This document shows, in pieces, positions 23,190 through 33,038 of a DNA stretch of 64,000 nt (positions within the stretch are counted from its first letter, which is position 1; each line of letters opens with the position of its first letter). Under the pieces are notes generated by a model. It saw only the letters and a program-made list of their open reading frames with translations. It was not told the DNA's origin and searched no databases. The stretch is from positions 352,001-416,000 of the forward strand of contig CAXXKM010000001.1 of the NCBI GenBank assembly GCA_963664435.2. Reading direction: 5' to 3'. Source of the DNA: Longimicrobiales bacterium. GTDB lineage: Bacteria > Gemmatimonadota > Gemmatimonadetes > Longimicrobiales > Gaopeijiaceae. A program made the translations under genes and the position numbers.

Positions 23190-24440
23190 TTGACTACCAT
23201 CCTGTTGGGCCTCGGGCTTCTGCTGCTCGTCGGGTCGGCGCTGTTGACCGCGGCCCAGACCGCCTGCGTCACGGTGGGCGACTCGCGGCTCCGCACGCTC
23301 GTGGACGAAGGCTTCCAGGAGGCCGACAAGCTGTCGCGCCTGCGGGAGGAGCCCGTCAGGTTCCTCGACTCCTACGTGCTCTTCGACACGGTGTTCAACG
23401 CGGGCGCCGCCGGGCTGTGGGTCGGGGCGTCGGCAAGCGCGGGGACCGGCTCCGTGGTGGTCGCCGCGGTCGTGGCCGTCGGGACCGTGCTGGTCGCCGG
23501 CGAGCTGGTGCCGCGGGCGGTGGCCCGGGCCAGGCCGGTTCGGCTGGCGCTCGTCAGCGCGCCCGCGCTGCTGCTGCTCGAACGGCTCTCGCGCCCGCTC
23601 CTGTACCCGGTACGGCGATTCGCGCGCTACTGGACCCACCGGCCCGGCGATGAAGGCCGCTCGGCCGAGGAGCGCGAGGTGAGCGAACTGGCCGAACTGG
23701 GTCAGGAGGAAGGCGTCGTGATGCCCGAGGAACACGAACTGGCGGAACGGGCCTTTCGCCTGGACGAGACCACCGCCTGGGACGTGATGACGCCGCGCGT
23801 GTCCATCTTCGCCTGGCGCGACGCGCTGAAGCTCGACGACATCATCGAGCAGCTGCCCGAGGTGCCGTATTCGCGGGTGCCGGTGTTCGGCGAATCGATC
23901 GACGACGTCACCGGCATCCTGTATGTGCGCGAAGCCTATGCGGCCCACTCCGGCGGACAGGGCAAGGCGCGGCTGTCGGAGCTCTCGCGGGAGCCGTTCT
24001 TCGTTCCCGGTTCCCTGCCGCTTACGCGCCTGTTGCGTGATTTCCAGAGCCGGCGCATTCACATGGGCATCGTGGCCGACGAATTCGGTGGCACCGACGG
24101 TCTCGTCACCCTGGAGGACATACTGGAGGAGCTGGTCGGCGAGATCGTGGACGAAACCGATCCCGCCTCCGAGCCCATCGTGCGCGTATCCCGCACGGAA
24201 GCGATCGTCGAGGGCTCAACGGAACTTCGGGAGATCAACTACGCGATGAACGTCTCCCTGCCCCATCTGGAGCACCGCTCGCTCAACGGGTTTCTGCTGG
24301 AACGGCTGGGCCAGGTGCCCGCTCCGGGGGAGCAGGTGACGGTGTCGGGTGTCGAGATCGAGATCGTGGAGGCCTCCGAGACCCAGATCCTGCACGCCAG
24401 ACTGCGGAGGATGCCGGCTGCCGGGGGCGAAGGCGAGTAG
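23190..24440 (+). CDS. CNNM/CBS/CorC-HlyC (hemolysin-family) membrane protein
   Basis: GELVPR, VMTPR, YSRVPV, DEFGGTDGLVTLEDILEELVGEI, C-terminal CorC domain. TTG 23190 follows GGGAGG. Confidence 0.88.
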   Translation: MTTILLGLGLLLLVGSALLTAAQTACVTVGDSRLRTLVDEGFQEADKLSRLREEPVRFLDSYVLFDTVFNAGAAGLWVGASASAGTGSVVVAAVVAVGTVLVAGELVPRAVARARPVRLALVSAPALLLLERLSRPLLYPVRRFARYWTHRPGDEGRSAEEREVSELAELGQEEGVVMPEEHELAERAFRLDETTAWDVMTPRVSIFAWRDALKLDDIIEQLPEVPYSRVPVFGESIDDVTGILYVREAYAAHSGGQGKARLSELSREPFFVPGSLPLTRLLRDFQSRRIHMGIVADEFGGTDGLVTLEDILEELVGEIVDETDPASEPIVRVSRTEAIVEGSTELREINYAMNVSLPHLEHRSLNGFLLERLGQVPAPGEQVTVSGVEIEIVEASETQILHARLRRMPAAGGEGE

Positions 24441-24445
24441 CGGGA

Positions 24446-25030
24446 ATGGCGTTGATTCTGCCCTTCAGCGGGCACACTCCCAAGGTGGCCGAGAGCGCCT
24501 TCCTGGCGCCCACGGCGGTTCTCATCGGCGACGTGACAGTGGGTGAGAAAGCCAGCGTATGGTTCGGGGCGGTGCTGCGGGGGGACAACCCGGAGCACGG
24601 AGTGGTCATCGGGGCGCGCAGCAACATCCAGGAGAACTGCGTAGTGCATGTGGGCCACTGGGGACCGACGGTGGTCGGAGAGGACGTGACGGTCGGGCAC
24701 GGGGCCAAGTTCGAGAGCTGCGTGATCGGCGACAACACGGTCGTCGGGATGAACGCCGTCATCCTGCAGGGCGCGCGCGTGGGCACCGGCTGCGTGCTGG
24801 CGGCGGGCACGGTCGTACTCGAGGGCGCCGATATCCCCGCGAACAGCCTGGTCGCGGGCGTTCCGGGGCGGATCAGGAAGACCCTCGAAGGGGCGTCGGC
24901 GCGCTGGGTGGAGGGAGGTGGGAGCCACTATGTGCGGCTGTCGCGGCGGTACATGGAGGAGCTCAGAGCGAAGCCAGCCCGGACAACCGCAGATACCAGT
25001 CGAGCAGGGCGTCCCCCCACGAGTGAGTGA
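24446..25030 (+). CDS. Gamma carbonic anhydrase-like hexapeptide-repeat protein
   Basis: AVLIGDVTVG, VWFGAVLRGD, NIQENCVVH, VTVGHGA. Confidence 0.9.
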   Translation: MALILPFSGHTPKVAESAFLAPTAVLIGDVTVGEKASVWFGAVLRGDNPEHGVVIGARSNIQENCVVHVGHWGPTVVGEDVTVGHGAKFESCVIGDNTVVGMNAVILQGARVGTGCVLAAGTVVLEGADIPANSLVAGVPGRIRKTLEGASARWVEGGGSHYVRLSRRYMEELRAKPARTTADTSRAGRPPTSE

Positions 25031-26192
25031 TGGCGGCGCCGACCGCCAGGAACACGCCGAGGGGCACCAACTGCCGGGTTCCAAGCAGGAGGCGGAGCTT
25101 GAGGTAGGCCAGGAGGCCCGCGAAGGCTCCCAGGAATACCGTCAGGACCGCACCCCACGGACCGGTGAACGCACCCACCAGCGCCATCATCTTGACATCT
25201 CCGCCTCCCAGAACGGTCTCCGGAGCCACGGGCGCGTGGGCCGGGCCCTCCGCGTGGGCCGGATCCTCCAGGCGGCCCGGGGCCTCCGCGGGCGTCGGGG
25301 CCTCCAAGTGGGCCGGGTTGTCCGTGGGAGCCGAGGCCTCCAGGTGCCCCGGCTCGGCGGGGGCCGGGCCCGCGGGGAAAGCCCGCGCGGGGGCGTCCGC
25401 GTCCATCCCCAACCCGTCCACCCAGGCAACCAGGACGGCCATCCCGGCCGCGCTGGCCGCCACCGCCGCAGCCACGCCGACAGGCCCGAACCACCATCCC
25501 ACCAGGACCATCACCGGCAGGACCGGCAACACCGCCGCCAACTGACCGGGCGGCCGGGTCAGGAAGCGCACCCCCCGTGCGTCGCGAGCCCGCAGGCGTC
25601 CCCGGTCGTGTTCCCGGGCGGCCGCCTCCAGCCTGCCCGGCCGCGTGCGCGCAAGCACCCAGGTGCCCACCGCCCCCGCCGCCCACATCCCCCCGAACCC
25701 CGCCGCCGCCCCCGCGGCCGCGCTCCCCGGCGTGATTCCCCCCGGCGCGAGCGACAGCGCCAGGCCCACCGCCGCGCCGCCGAGCGAGAACTGGTCGGGG
25801 ATCAGGTACTGGCGCGCGTCGGTGAGGGCGATGCCCAGCAGGACGAGCAGGAAGAAGCCGGCGCCGGCCGCCTCGAGGCCCAGGCCGCGGGTCAGGACCA
25901 CGAGCACACAGATCGCGGCCCCGGCTGCCTCCACCAGCGGATAGCACAGGGAGACGCCCGCACCACACGACCGGCAGCGGCCGCGCAGCAGGAACCAGCT
26001 CGCCACCGGGATCTGGTCGTACCAGCGGATGGTCGTCGTGCAGGCCGGGCACGCGGAGCGCGGCCGCACCACCGACCGACGGCGCGGCCAGCGCGCCACG
26101 CACACGTTGAGGAACGACCCGAGCGCCAGGCCGACCAGCCCGGCGAGGGAAAGCACCACCGGATCGAGGGCGAGCACCACCGAATCCGTCAT
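24963..26192 (-). CDS. pilD: Prepilin peptidase (A24) with large internal insertion
   Basis: GSFLNVC, RSACPAC...GRCRSC, catalytic Asp in TDARQYLIPD and GGGDVK, VPLGVFL. Confidence 0.88.
   Translation of the reverse strand: MTDSVVLALDPVVLSLAGLVGLALGSFLNVCVARWPRRRSVVRPRSACPACTTTIRWYDQIPVASWFLLRGRCRSCGAGVSLCYPLVEAAGAAICVLVVLTRGLGLEAAGAGFFLLVLLGIALTDARQYLIPDQFSLGGAAVGLALSLAPGGITPGSAAAGAAAGFGGMWAAGAVGTWVLARTRPGRLEAAAREHDRGRLRARDARGVRFLTRPPGQLAAVLPVLPVMVLVGWWFGPVGVAAAVAASAAGMAVLVAWVDGLGMDADAPARAFPAGPAPAEPGHLEASAPTDNPAHLEAPTPAEAPGRLEDPAHAEGPAHAPVAPETVLGGGDVKMMALVGAFTGPWGAVLTVFLGAFAGLLAYLKLRLLLGTRQLVPLGVFLAVGAAITHSWGDALLDWYLRLSGLASL
25230..25356 (-). repeat. 36-nt-period degenerate coding repeat inside pilD
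   Basis: PGHLEASAPTDN / PAHLEAPTPAEA / PGRLEDPAHAEG; ctcca(g/a)g recurs at 25266, 25302, 25338. Confidence 0.8.
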
Positions 26193-26274
26193 GCGCGCGC
26201 GACCATGCGGGACGCGACCATGCGGAACACACGGCGAGGCCGCGCGAACGGAGGAGCGATCCAGGCTGTACCGG

Positions 26275-27060
26275 TCATGCGCGCGTGAGCGCGTAGAGCA
26301 CGACCGCGCCCGCGACCGCTGCGTTGAGCGAATCCGCCGCTCCGGCCATCGGCACGGCCGCGAGCGCGCCTGCCGCCTCGCGGATCTCCGCGCGCACACC
26401 CGCGCCCTCGTTGCCGACTACCAGCATCCACGGAGGCGTGACGGAGAGGGCGGCAGCGTCCTGCCCGCCGGCGTCGGCCACGATCACCTGCACCCCGGCA
26501 GCCCATTCGCGCACCTCGCTCCACGGTGCGCGCAGCACCGGGATGCGGAACGCGCTTCCCGCGGACGCGCGCACCACCCGGGCGTTCCAGGGATCAACGG
26601 CCCCGTCGAGGGCGAGCACGGCGGTGAGGCCAAAGGCTCTCGCAGTGCGGATCAGGGTGCCCATGTTGCCCGGATCCTGGATGCCGTCCAGCACGAGGAA
26701 GCGCCCGTCTTCGGCCAGGGGCATCGCCTCCAGCCCGATTGACGGCTCCTCACACACCAGCAGGATCCCCTGGGGGCTGGCCGTCGCGGACGCGGCCGCC
26801 ATTTCGCGCTCCCCCACCCAGTCGGGCATCACCCCCCTTTCCTCCAATTGCGTGAGCATTGCGGACCCGGCGGGGGAGCGCATCAACGCGGGCGAGCAGA
26901 CCGCGAAGCGCACGGCCGCGTCGGCCGCGAGCGCTTCACCGGATGCGCGGACGCCCTCTACCAGCACGCGGCCCTCGCGGACACGGCCCCGGCCGCTCGC
27001 GAGCCGCGCCAGCAGCCGCGTCCTGCGCTTGCTCAGCACCCCCTGGCCGGGGCCGGTCAC
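26275..27060 (-). CDS. TrmH/SpoU family RNA methyltransferase
   Basis: LDGIQDPGNMGTLIRTA, VGNEGAG, VPM...DSLNAAVA. Confidence 0.92.
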   Translation of the reverse strand: MTGPGQGVLSKRRTRLLARLASGRGRVREGRVLVEGVRASGEALAADAAVRFAVCSPALMRSPAGSAMLTQLEERGVMPDWVGEREMAAASATASPQGILLVCEEPSIGLEAMPLAEDGRFLVLDGIQDPGNMGTLIRTARAFGLTAVLALDGAVDPWNARVVRASAGSAFRIPVLRAPWSEVREWAAGVQVIVADAGGQDAAALSVTPPWMLVVGNEGAGVRAEIREAAGALAAVPMAGAADSLNAAVAGAVVLYALTRA

Positions 27061-27187
27061 TTCACCACCTCACCGGCTCCGGATTGCTCGTCCTTCTCCG
27101 CACCCTGCTCATTCCTCGAAAGCGAAGTATCTTTTCGGCGGCGCCGGCAAGCGCGCCACGGCCTCTATCGACCTCCCCCACCGTCCC

Positions 27188-28018
27188 ATGCCAGCTCCAC
27201 CACAAACAAGCCCCGGCTCGCTGCCGGTGGCGCTCACCATAGCCGGGAGCGATTCCGGCGGCGGCGCGGGCATCCAGGCGGACCTGAAGACCTTCCACGC
27301 GTTCGGCGTGTTCGGCACCTCGGCGGTGACTGCCATCACCGCCCAGAACACCCTGGGGGTGAGCGCCGTCCATCCCGTCCCGCCCGAGGTCGTGCGCGCA
27401 CAGGTCGACGCGGTCGTCGTGGATCTCCAGCCTCGTGCCCTCAAAACCGGAATGCTGGCGACGGCCGAGCTGGTCGAAACCGTTGCGGACGCAATCGTCG
27501 CCCACGGGCTGCGCGCCTGCGTGATGGATCCCGTCATGGTCGCCGCCAGCGGCCACCGCCTGCTCGAGCCCGACGCCGAGGCGACGCTGGCGCGCCGGCT
27601 GCTCCCGCTGACCGCGCTGGTGACGCCCAACCTGCACGAGGCCGCGCTGCTGACCGGCACCGACGTCGACTCGCTCGCAACCATGCGTGCGGCGGCCCGT
27701 CACCTGGTCAAGATGGGGGCGGGGGCGGCGCTGGTGAAGGGCGGCCACCTTCCCTCCGGGGAGGCGGCGGATGTGTTCTGGGACGGGAACGAGGAGTGCG
27801 TCTGGCGCCGCCCGCGCATCGCGACCCGTCACGTGCACGGCACAGGTTGCACGCTCTCGGCCGCGGCGGCCGCCGAACTCGCGCGCGGCACGCCGCTCCC
27901 GGCAGCCGTGGACGCCGCCGTGGACTTCGTCGCGCGCGCGATCGCGTCGGCACCGGGGCTGGGGTCGGGGGGCGGTCCGATCAACCACTTCGCCGGGCCT
28001 CGGACGGACGGCGACTGA
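27188..28018 (+). CDS. thiD: Hydroxymethylpyrimidine/phosphomethylpyrimidine kinase
   Basis: [48 protein letters not shown]. Confidence 0.95.
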   Translation: MPAPPQTSPGSLPVALTIAGSDSGGGAGIQADLKTFHAFGVFGTSAVTAITAQNTLGVSAVHPVPPEVVRAQVDAVVVDLQPRALKTGMLATAELVETVADAIVAHGLRACVMDPVMVAASGHRLLEPDAEATLARRLLPLTALVTPNLHEAALLTGTDVDSLATMRAAARHLVKMGAGAALVKGGHLPSGEAADVFWDGNEECVWRRPRIATRHVHGTGCTLSAAAAAELARGTPLPAAVDAAVDFVARAIASAPGLGSGGGPINHFAGPRTDGD

Positions 28019-28058
28019 GGGCCGAACAGCAACGGTGCAGGGACGCGTCACACCCTTC

Positions 28059-28226
28059 CGCCTGCTCGACCGCCGCCTTCTGCAACCTGGCATCGTAAGG
28101 GGCGAGCCTCCTGTCCCCGATTCTGTCCGGCCTGGAGGTGGTCGGCCCGGTTGAGGAAGGTTGCAAGCAAGCCGAGCCGGTGCTCAACAGGAGGATCGCG
28201 GGGTGCGCGTCAACCCGACAGCGCAC
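28059..28226 (-). pseudogene. Relic of a second purine nucleoside phosphorylase gene
   Basis: 28059-28103 encodes APYDARLQKAAVEQA versus APYDAGLQKAAVEQA in the upstream PNP (28546-28590); in-frame AILLLSTGS loosely resembles HLLLGSG. Confidence 0.6.
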
Positions 28227-29073
28227 CCCCCGCCAGCATCCCGCGGATCACCCGCTCCAGCACCGCACCCGCCCGGTTCCCCACCTCCAGAACCTCGTCA
28301 TGCGAGATGGCGTCCGCGCCTTCCGCCCCCGGCGCCATGCCGACCCCGCACGCCATGTTGGTGACCATGGCGAAACCCAGCACCCGCACGCCGCGTGCGC
28401 GCAGCGTGAGCACCTCGGGCACGACCGACATCCCGACCACGTCACCACCCATCCGCTCGACCATGCGTATCTCGGCCGGGGTCTCGAAGCTGGGGCCAAG
28501 CAGGGCCGTGTACGTTCCTCGCACCAGGCGGACGCCCAGCCGGGCCGCCTGCTCCACCGCGGCCTTCTGCAACCCCGCGTCGTAGGGGGCGCTCATGTCC
28601 GGAAACGGGTTCGCGTCCGCTGCCTGGGCGGGCGGCGGCAACGGCGTGCGGGCGAGCAGGTTGATGTGGTCGTCGATCACCATCAGGTCGCCCGGACGCA
28701 GGTACCGGTCGACGCCCCCCACCGCTGCCGTGATGACGGAGCTCCTCACCCCCAGCGCCGCCGCAATGCGGGACGGCGCCGAGATCACCCATGGCGGATG
28801 GCCCTCGTAGAAGTGCAGCCGCCCGCACTGCACCAGCACCGGCACCCCCTCGCAGCGCCCGAAGATGAAATGGCCCGCGTGTCCCGGAACCCCCGCCGAT
28901 GGGATGCCGGGCACCTCCCCGAACGGCACGTCCTCCTCCACCTCGACCACCCGCTCGAGCCCGCCAAGTCCGGAACCGAGCAGCAGATGCACCTGCGGAG
29001 CCGTGCGGACTCGTGCCCGCAGCGACCCCACCACCGCTTCGAAGTCGTCTCCCGGTCCCACGCCCGGCTTCAA
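28210..29073 (-). CDS. punA: Purine nucleoside phosphorylase (trimeric PunA/XapA type)
   Basis: LLGSGLG, VPGHAG, GRLHFYEG, GPSFETPAE, VVGMSVVPE, VTNMA, HDEV. Confidence 0.92.
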   Translation of the reverse strand: MKPGVGPGDDFEAVVGSLRARVRTAPQVHLLLGSGLGGLERVVEVEEDVPFGEVPGIPSAGVPGHAGHFIFGRCEGVPVLVQCGRLHFYEGHPPWVISAPSRIAAALGVRSSVITAAVGGVDRYLRPGDLMVIDDHINLLARTPLPPPAQAADANPFPDMSAPYDAGLQKAAVEQAARLGVRLVRGTYTALLGPSFETPAEIRMVERMGGDVVGMSVVPEVLTLRARGVRVLGFAMVTNMACGVGMAPGAEGADAISHDEVLEVGNRAGAVLERVIRGMLAGGALSG

Positions 29074-29150
29074 GGGGTCATCTCCGTTCCATGCAGCCCG
29101 TCCCCGGCATCACCGGGCCCAGGCCCGTCCGTACAGGTTCACCCTCGGCT

Positions 29151-30680
29151 TCACAGGATCATCCCCGCCACGGTCGCGGTCATGAAGGCCGCGAGCGCCC
29201 CCCCGACCATCGCCCGCAGCCCGATGCGCGAAAGGTCGTGCCGGCGTGAAGGCGCCAGTCCGCCGATGCCGCCGAGCTGGATGGCGATGGAGGAGAAGTT
29301 GGCGAAACCGCACAGGGCGTAGGTGGCGATCACCACCGAGCGGGGATGCAGGGTGGAGCCCTCCCCGAGCAGGCCCGCCAGCTCGACGTAGGCCACGAAC
29401 TCGTTGAGCGCCGTCTTGATCCCCATCAGCGAACCCACCTCGGCCGCGTCGGCCCAGGGCACCCCCATGAGCCAGGCCAGCGGAGCCAGGGCCAGCCCCA
29501 GAACGGACTGCAGGGTGAGGTCGGGCAGGCCGACCAGCCCCCCGGCCCAACCCATCAGCCCGTTGATCAGATAGACCAGCGCCACGAACGCAAGCAGCAT
29601 GGCGCCCACGTTGAGGGCGAGGCGGAGTCCGTCGCCCGCCCCGCGCGCGGCCGCGTCGATGACGTTCACGTCCGGCTTCTCGACGCTCGTGACCAGTTGG
29701 CCCGCGGTCTCGGGCTCGCCGTCCTCCGGGTACATGAGCTTGGCCATCATCAGCGCGGCCGGCGCGGACATGACCGACGCCGCCATCAGGTGCCCGGCGA
29801 TGTCCGGGAAGTACGAGATGAGGAAGCCGACGTATGCCGCCATGACACCGCCCGCCACCGTCGCGAAGCCGGCGGTCATCACCGCGTTCAGCTCCGACAT
29901 GGTCATCTTCTCGACGAAGGGCTTGATGAGGAGGGGCGCCTCGGTCTGGCCCACGAAGATGTTGCCCGCCGCGGAGAGGGTCTCCGCCCCCGAGGTACGC
30001 ATGGTGCGCTGCATCACCCAGGCCATCCCGCGCACCACGAACTGCATCACGCCGAGGTGATACAGCACCGTCATGAGGGAGGCCAGGAAGATGATCGTGG
30101 GCAGCACGGTGAAGGCGACGTAGGCCGCCGGATTGGCGACCTGTCCGGGGATCGGGTTGAAGTCGCCGTTGCCGGGTTCGCCCGTGCCGATGGGGATGTT
30201 GTTGTCGACCAGGTTGCCGAAGATGAAGCGCGCTCCCTCGAGCGTGTATCCCAGCAGCCCCACGACCACGGTATTGGCGCCCTGGAAGAGTGCCAGTCCC
30301 GCAGCCGTCTTCAGGATGAAGAAGGCGAAGACCAGCTGCAGCGAAACGCCCCAGGCGACCACCCGCCAGGGGATGGCGGCCCGGTTGACGCTGAAGGCCC
30401 AGGCGAGCGCGCCCAGCGCGAGCATGCCGAGAAGCGACCGCAGCCGCTCCGGGAAGGAGGTATCCAGACCCTCGGAGGCGATCGAGATCCCGAGTCCCGG
30501 CCCCTGCCGGGCGGAAGCCTCCTCCTCCGGCGCCGGGGCCGTCTCCACGCCCGGAACATCCTCCGAGGCCGCCCCGAGGGAAGGGGCAGCCACGCCCGCT
30601 GCCACGAGGAGCCCGCAGACCACCCACAGAAGAACCAACCCGGGCCGGGCACGTGCGCGATCGAGGAAAGAGGCAGGCAT
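29151..30680 (-). CDS. nupC: Concentrative nucleoside transporter (NupC/CNT family)
   Basis: VLPTIIF, NIFVGQTEAPL, GFATVAGG, SVMSAPA, NEFVAY, LCGFANFSSI. Confidence 0.93.
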   Translation of the reverse strand: MPASFLDRARARPGLVLLWVVCGLLVAAGVAAPSLGAASEDVPGVETAPAPEEEASARQGPGLGISIASEGLDTSFPERLRSLLGMLALGALAWAFSVNRAAIPWRVVAWGVSLQLVFAFFILKTAAGLALFQGANTVVVGLLGYTLEGARFIFGNLVDNNIPIGTGEPGNGDFNPIPGQVANPAAYVAFTVLPTIIFLASLMTVLYHLGVMQFVVRGMAWVMQRTMRTSGAETLSAAGNIFVGQTEAPLLIKPFVEKMTMSELNAVMTAGFATVAGGVMAAYVGFLISYFPDIAGHLMAASVMSAPAALMMAKLMYPEDGEPETAGQLVTSVEKPDVNVIDAAARGAGDGLRLALNVGAMLLAFVALVYLINGLMGWAGGLVGLPDLTLQSVLGLALAPLAWLMGVPWADAAEVGSLMGIKTALNEFVAYVELAGLLGEGSTLHPRSVVIATYALCGFANFSSIAIQLGGIGGLAPSRRHDLSRIGLRAMVGGALAAFMTATVAGMIL

Positions 30681-30740
30681 TTCTGGTCCCGTTCAGGGTA
30701 GGCGGGCGCGGCACCACGCGCGGGAGCTCCGGGCACCATG

Positions 30741-30797
30741 ATAACCCGACCGTCGGGGAATCGCCCGACCGTCTGGAAATCGCCCGACCATTCCGAG
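30741..30797. repeat. Three tandem 19-nt degenerate repeats between nupC and dnaK
   Basis: ATAACCCGACCGTCGGGGA / ATCGCCCGACCGTCTGGAA / ATCGCCCGACCATTCCGAG. Confidence 0.8.
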
Positions 30798-30848
30798 AAG
30801 TCTGCCATTTTGTCAGGCCCCGGCAGCAAAGTCTGCCATTTTGTCAGG
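30798..30848. promoter_or_regulatory. Two identical 20-nt boxes with pseudo-palindromic core, candidate activator sites
   Basis: AAGTCTGCCATTTTGTCAGG at 30798-30817 and 30829-30848 (31-nt period); core CTGNCA-N3-TGNCAG. Confidence 0.65.
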
Positions 30849-30864
30849 TCTGCGGCCCAAAACG

Positions 30865-30880
30865 GGGCACGAACGTTGCT
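30865..30880 (+). promoter_or_regulatory. Putative sigma54 (-24/-12) promoter of dnaK
   Basis: GGGCACGAACGTTGCT = GG-N10-GC, matching TGGCACG-N4-TTGCW at all but the first base. Confidence 0.65.
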
Positions 30881-30933
30881 CCACACCCGGCGACACCCCG
30901 TAGTCGGCAACTCACACCATGCAAGGAGAACAG

Positions 30934-32862
30934 ATGAGCAAGGTCATCGGCATCGACCTGGGGACGACCAACTCGGTGGTCGCGGTCATGGAGGGCGGCG
31001 AACCGGTCGTCATCCCCAGCGCGGAGGGCGGGCGCACGACGCCGTCGGTGGTGGCGTTCACCAAGGACGGCGAGCGTCTGGTCGGCCAGGTGGCCCGGCG
31101 GCAGGCCATCACCAACCCGAAGAACACCATCTTCTCCATCAAGCGCTTCGTGGGGCGCAAGTCCTCCGAGGTCAGCGAGGAGCGCAAGCTGGTCCCGTAC
31201 GAGGTCACCAGCGACGCGGGCGGGCGGGTGCAGGTCCGGATCCCCAACGCCGGCAAGACCTTCAACCCGCCGGAGATCTCCGCGCTCATCCTGCAGAAGA
31301 TGAAGCAGACCGCGGAGGACTATCTCGGCCAGAAAGTGACCCAGGCCGTCATCACGGTGCCCGCGTACTTCAACGACTCGCAGCGTCAGGCCACCAAGGA
31401 TGCCGGCAAGATCGCGGGCCTGGAGGTGCGCCGGATCATCAACGAGCCCACCGCGGCGGCGCTCGCGTACGGGCTGGACAAGAAGAAGGACGAGAAGATC
31501 GCGGTCTTCGACCTGGGCGGCGGGACCTACGACATCTCGATCCTGGAGCTGGGCGACGGCGTCTTCGAGGTGAAGGCCACCAACGGCGACACCCACCTCG
31601 GCGGAGACGACATCGACCAGGTGATCATCGACTGGCTGGTGACGGAGTTCAAGAAGGAGCAGGGCATCGACCTGTCCAGGGATTCCATGGCGCTGCAGCG
31701 GCTCAAGGAGGCCGCCGAGAAGGCCAAGATGGAGCTCTCGTCGACGATGCAGTCCGACATCAACCTGCCCTTCATCACGGCGACCCAAGAGGGCCCCAAG
31801 CACCTCAACTACTCGCTGTCGCGCGCCCGCTTCGAGCAGTTGGCCGACGGCTTGCTGCAGCGGACCATCCCGCCGATGAAGGCCGCGCTCAAGGACGCGG
31901 GGCTCACGCCCGACGACATCGACGAGGTCATCCTCGTGGGTGGCTCGACGCGCATCCCGAAGATCCAGCAGATCGTGCGCAAGTTCTTCGGCAAGGATCC
32001 GCACAAGGGCGTGAACCCGGACGAGGTCGTGGGCATCGGCGCGTCCATCCAGGGCGGCGTTCTGGCCGGCGAGGTCAAGGACGTGCTCCTGCTGGACGTC
32101 ATTCCCCTGTCGCTCGGGATCGAGACCCTGGGCGGGATCATGACGCCGCTGATCGAGCGCAACACCACCATCCCGACGCGCAAGTCGGAGGTGTTCTCGA
32201 CCGCGCAGGACAACCAGACCACGGTGGAGATCCACGTGCTGCAGGGCGAGCGCAAGATGGCTCTCGACAACAAGACCATCGGCAAGTTCCAGCTCACCGG
32301 CATCCCCCCGGCCCCGCGCGGCATGCCGCAGGTGGAGGTGACCTTCGACATCGACGCCAACGGAATCCTGAACGTCTCGGCGAAGGACCGCGCCACCGGC
32401 AAGGAGCAGAAGATCCGCATCGAGGCCTCGAGCGGGCTCTCGGACGCCGAGATCGACCGCATGGTGCGCGACGCCGAGAAGCACGCCCGGGAGGACGAGG
32501 AACAGAAGGAGAAGATCGAGGCGCGCAACCACCTCGATTCCCTGGTCTACCAGGTCGAGAAGGACACCGGCGAGTGGGGCGACAAGGTCGGCGAGGGCAC
32601 GCGCGAGCGGCTCGACGAGGCGCTGTCGAAGGCGAAGGACGCGCTCAAGGGCGACGACCTCGCGACCCTCAACTCGGCCCGCGACGAGCTGATGCAGGCC
32701 TTCAGCGCGGCCGGCCAGGAGATGTACCAGGCGCAGGCCGCGGAGGCCGGCGCGGCCGAGGATGCGACCGAGGAAGAGGCGGGGGACGCAACCGGAAACG
32801 GGGCGGCCGATGACGACGACGTCATGGAGGCCGACTACGAGATCGTCGACGAGGAGAAGTAA
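30934..32862 (+). CDS. dnaK: Chaperone DnaK (Hsp70)
   Basis: [52 protein letters not shown]. Confidence 0.98.
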   Translation: MSKVIGIDLGTTNSVVAVMEGGEPVVIPSAEGGRTTPSVVAFTKDGERLVGQVARRQAITNPKNTIFSIKRFVGRKSSEVSEERKLVPYEVTSDAGGRVQVRIPNAGKTFNPPEISALILQKMKQTAEDYLGQKVTQAVITVPAYFNDSQRQATKDAGKIAGLEVRRIINEPTAAALAYGLDKKKDEKIAVFDLGGGTYDISILELGDGVFEVKATNGDTHLGGDDIDQVIIDWLVTEFKKEQGIDLSRDSMALQRLKEAAEKAKMELSSTMQSDINLPFITATQEGPKHLNYSLSRARFEQLADGLLQRTIPPMKAALKDAGLTPDDIDEVILVGGSTRIPKIQQIVRKFFGKDPHKGVNPDEVVGIGASIQGGVLAGEVKDVLLLDVIPLSLGIETLGGIMTPLIERNTTIPTRKSEVFSTAQDNQTTVEIHVLQGERKMALDNKTIGKFQLTGIPPAPRGMPQVEVTFDIDANGILNVSAKDRATGKEQKIRIEASSGLSDAEIDRMVRDAEKHAREDEEQKEKIEARNHLDSLVYQVEKDTGEWGDKVGEGTRERLDEALSKAKDALKGDDLATLNSARDELMQAFSAAGQEMYQAQAAEAGAAEDATEEEAGDATGNGAADDDDVMEADYEIVDEEK

Positions 32863-33038
32863 CCCCTCGCGGGCGTCGGGGACGCGTCGCGCCGGGCCAT
32901 GTCCCCGCCGGGACAACTCTGGCGCGGCGCGGCGCATCGAAAGGGCGCGCACAGACAAGGAGAAACCGGTGGCGCCGGGATGGGTAGCAGCAGTCAGCAT
33001 CCCTCGCCCCGGCTGCAAGAATACCAAGGAGGCCAGGC

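Noticed and set aside
27061..27187. TPP riboswitch upstream of thiD
   Set aside because: No CTGAGA/ACCTG core found; thiE is translationally coupled to mltG with no leader.
30844..33027. 727-aa ORF antisense to dnaK
   Set aside because: Long antisense ORFs opposite dnaK are a known artefact of high-GC codon bias; no independent motifs.
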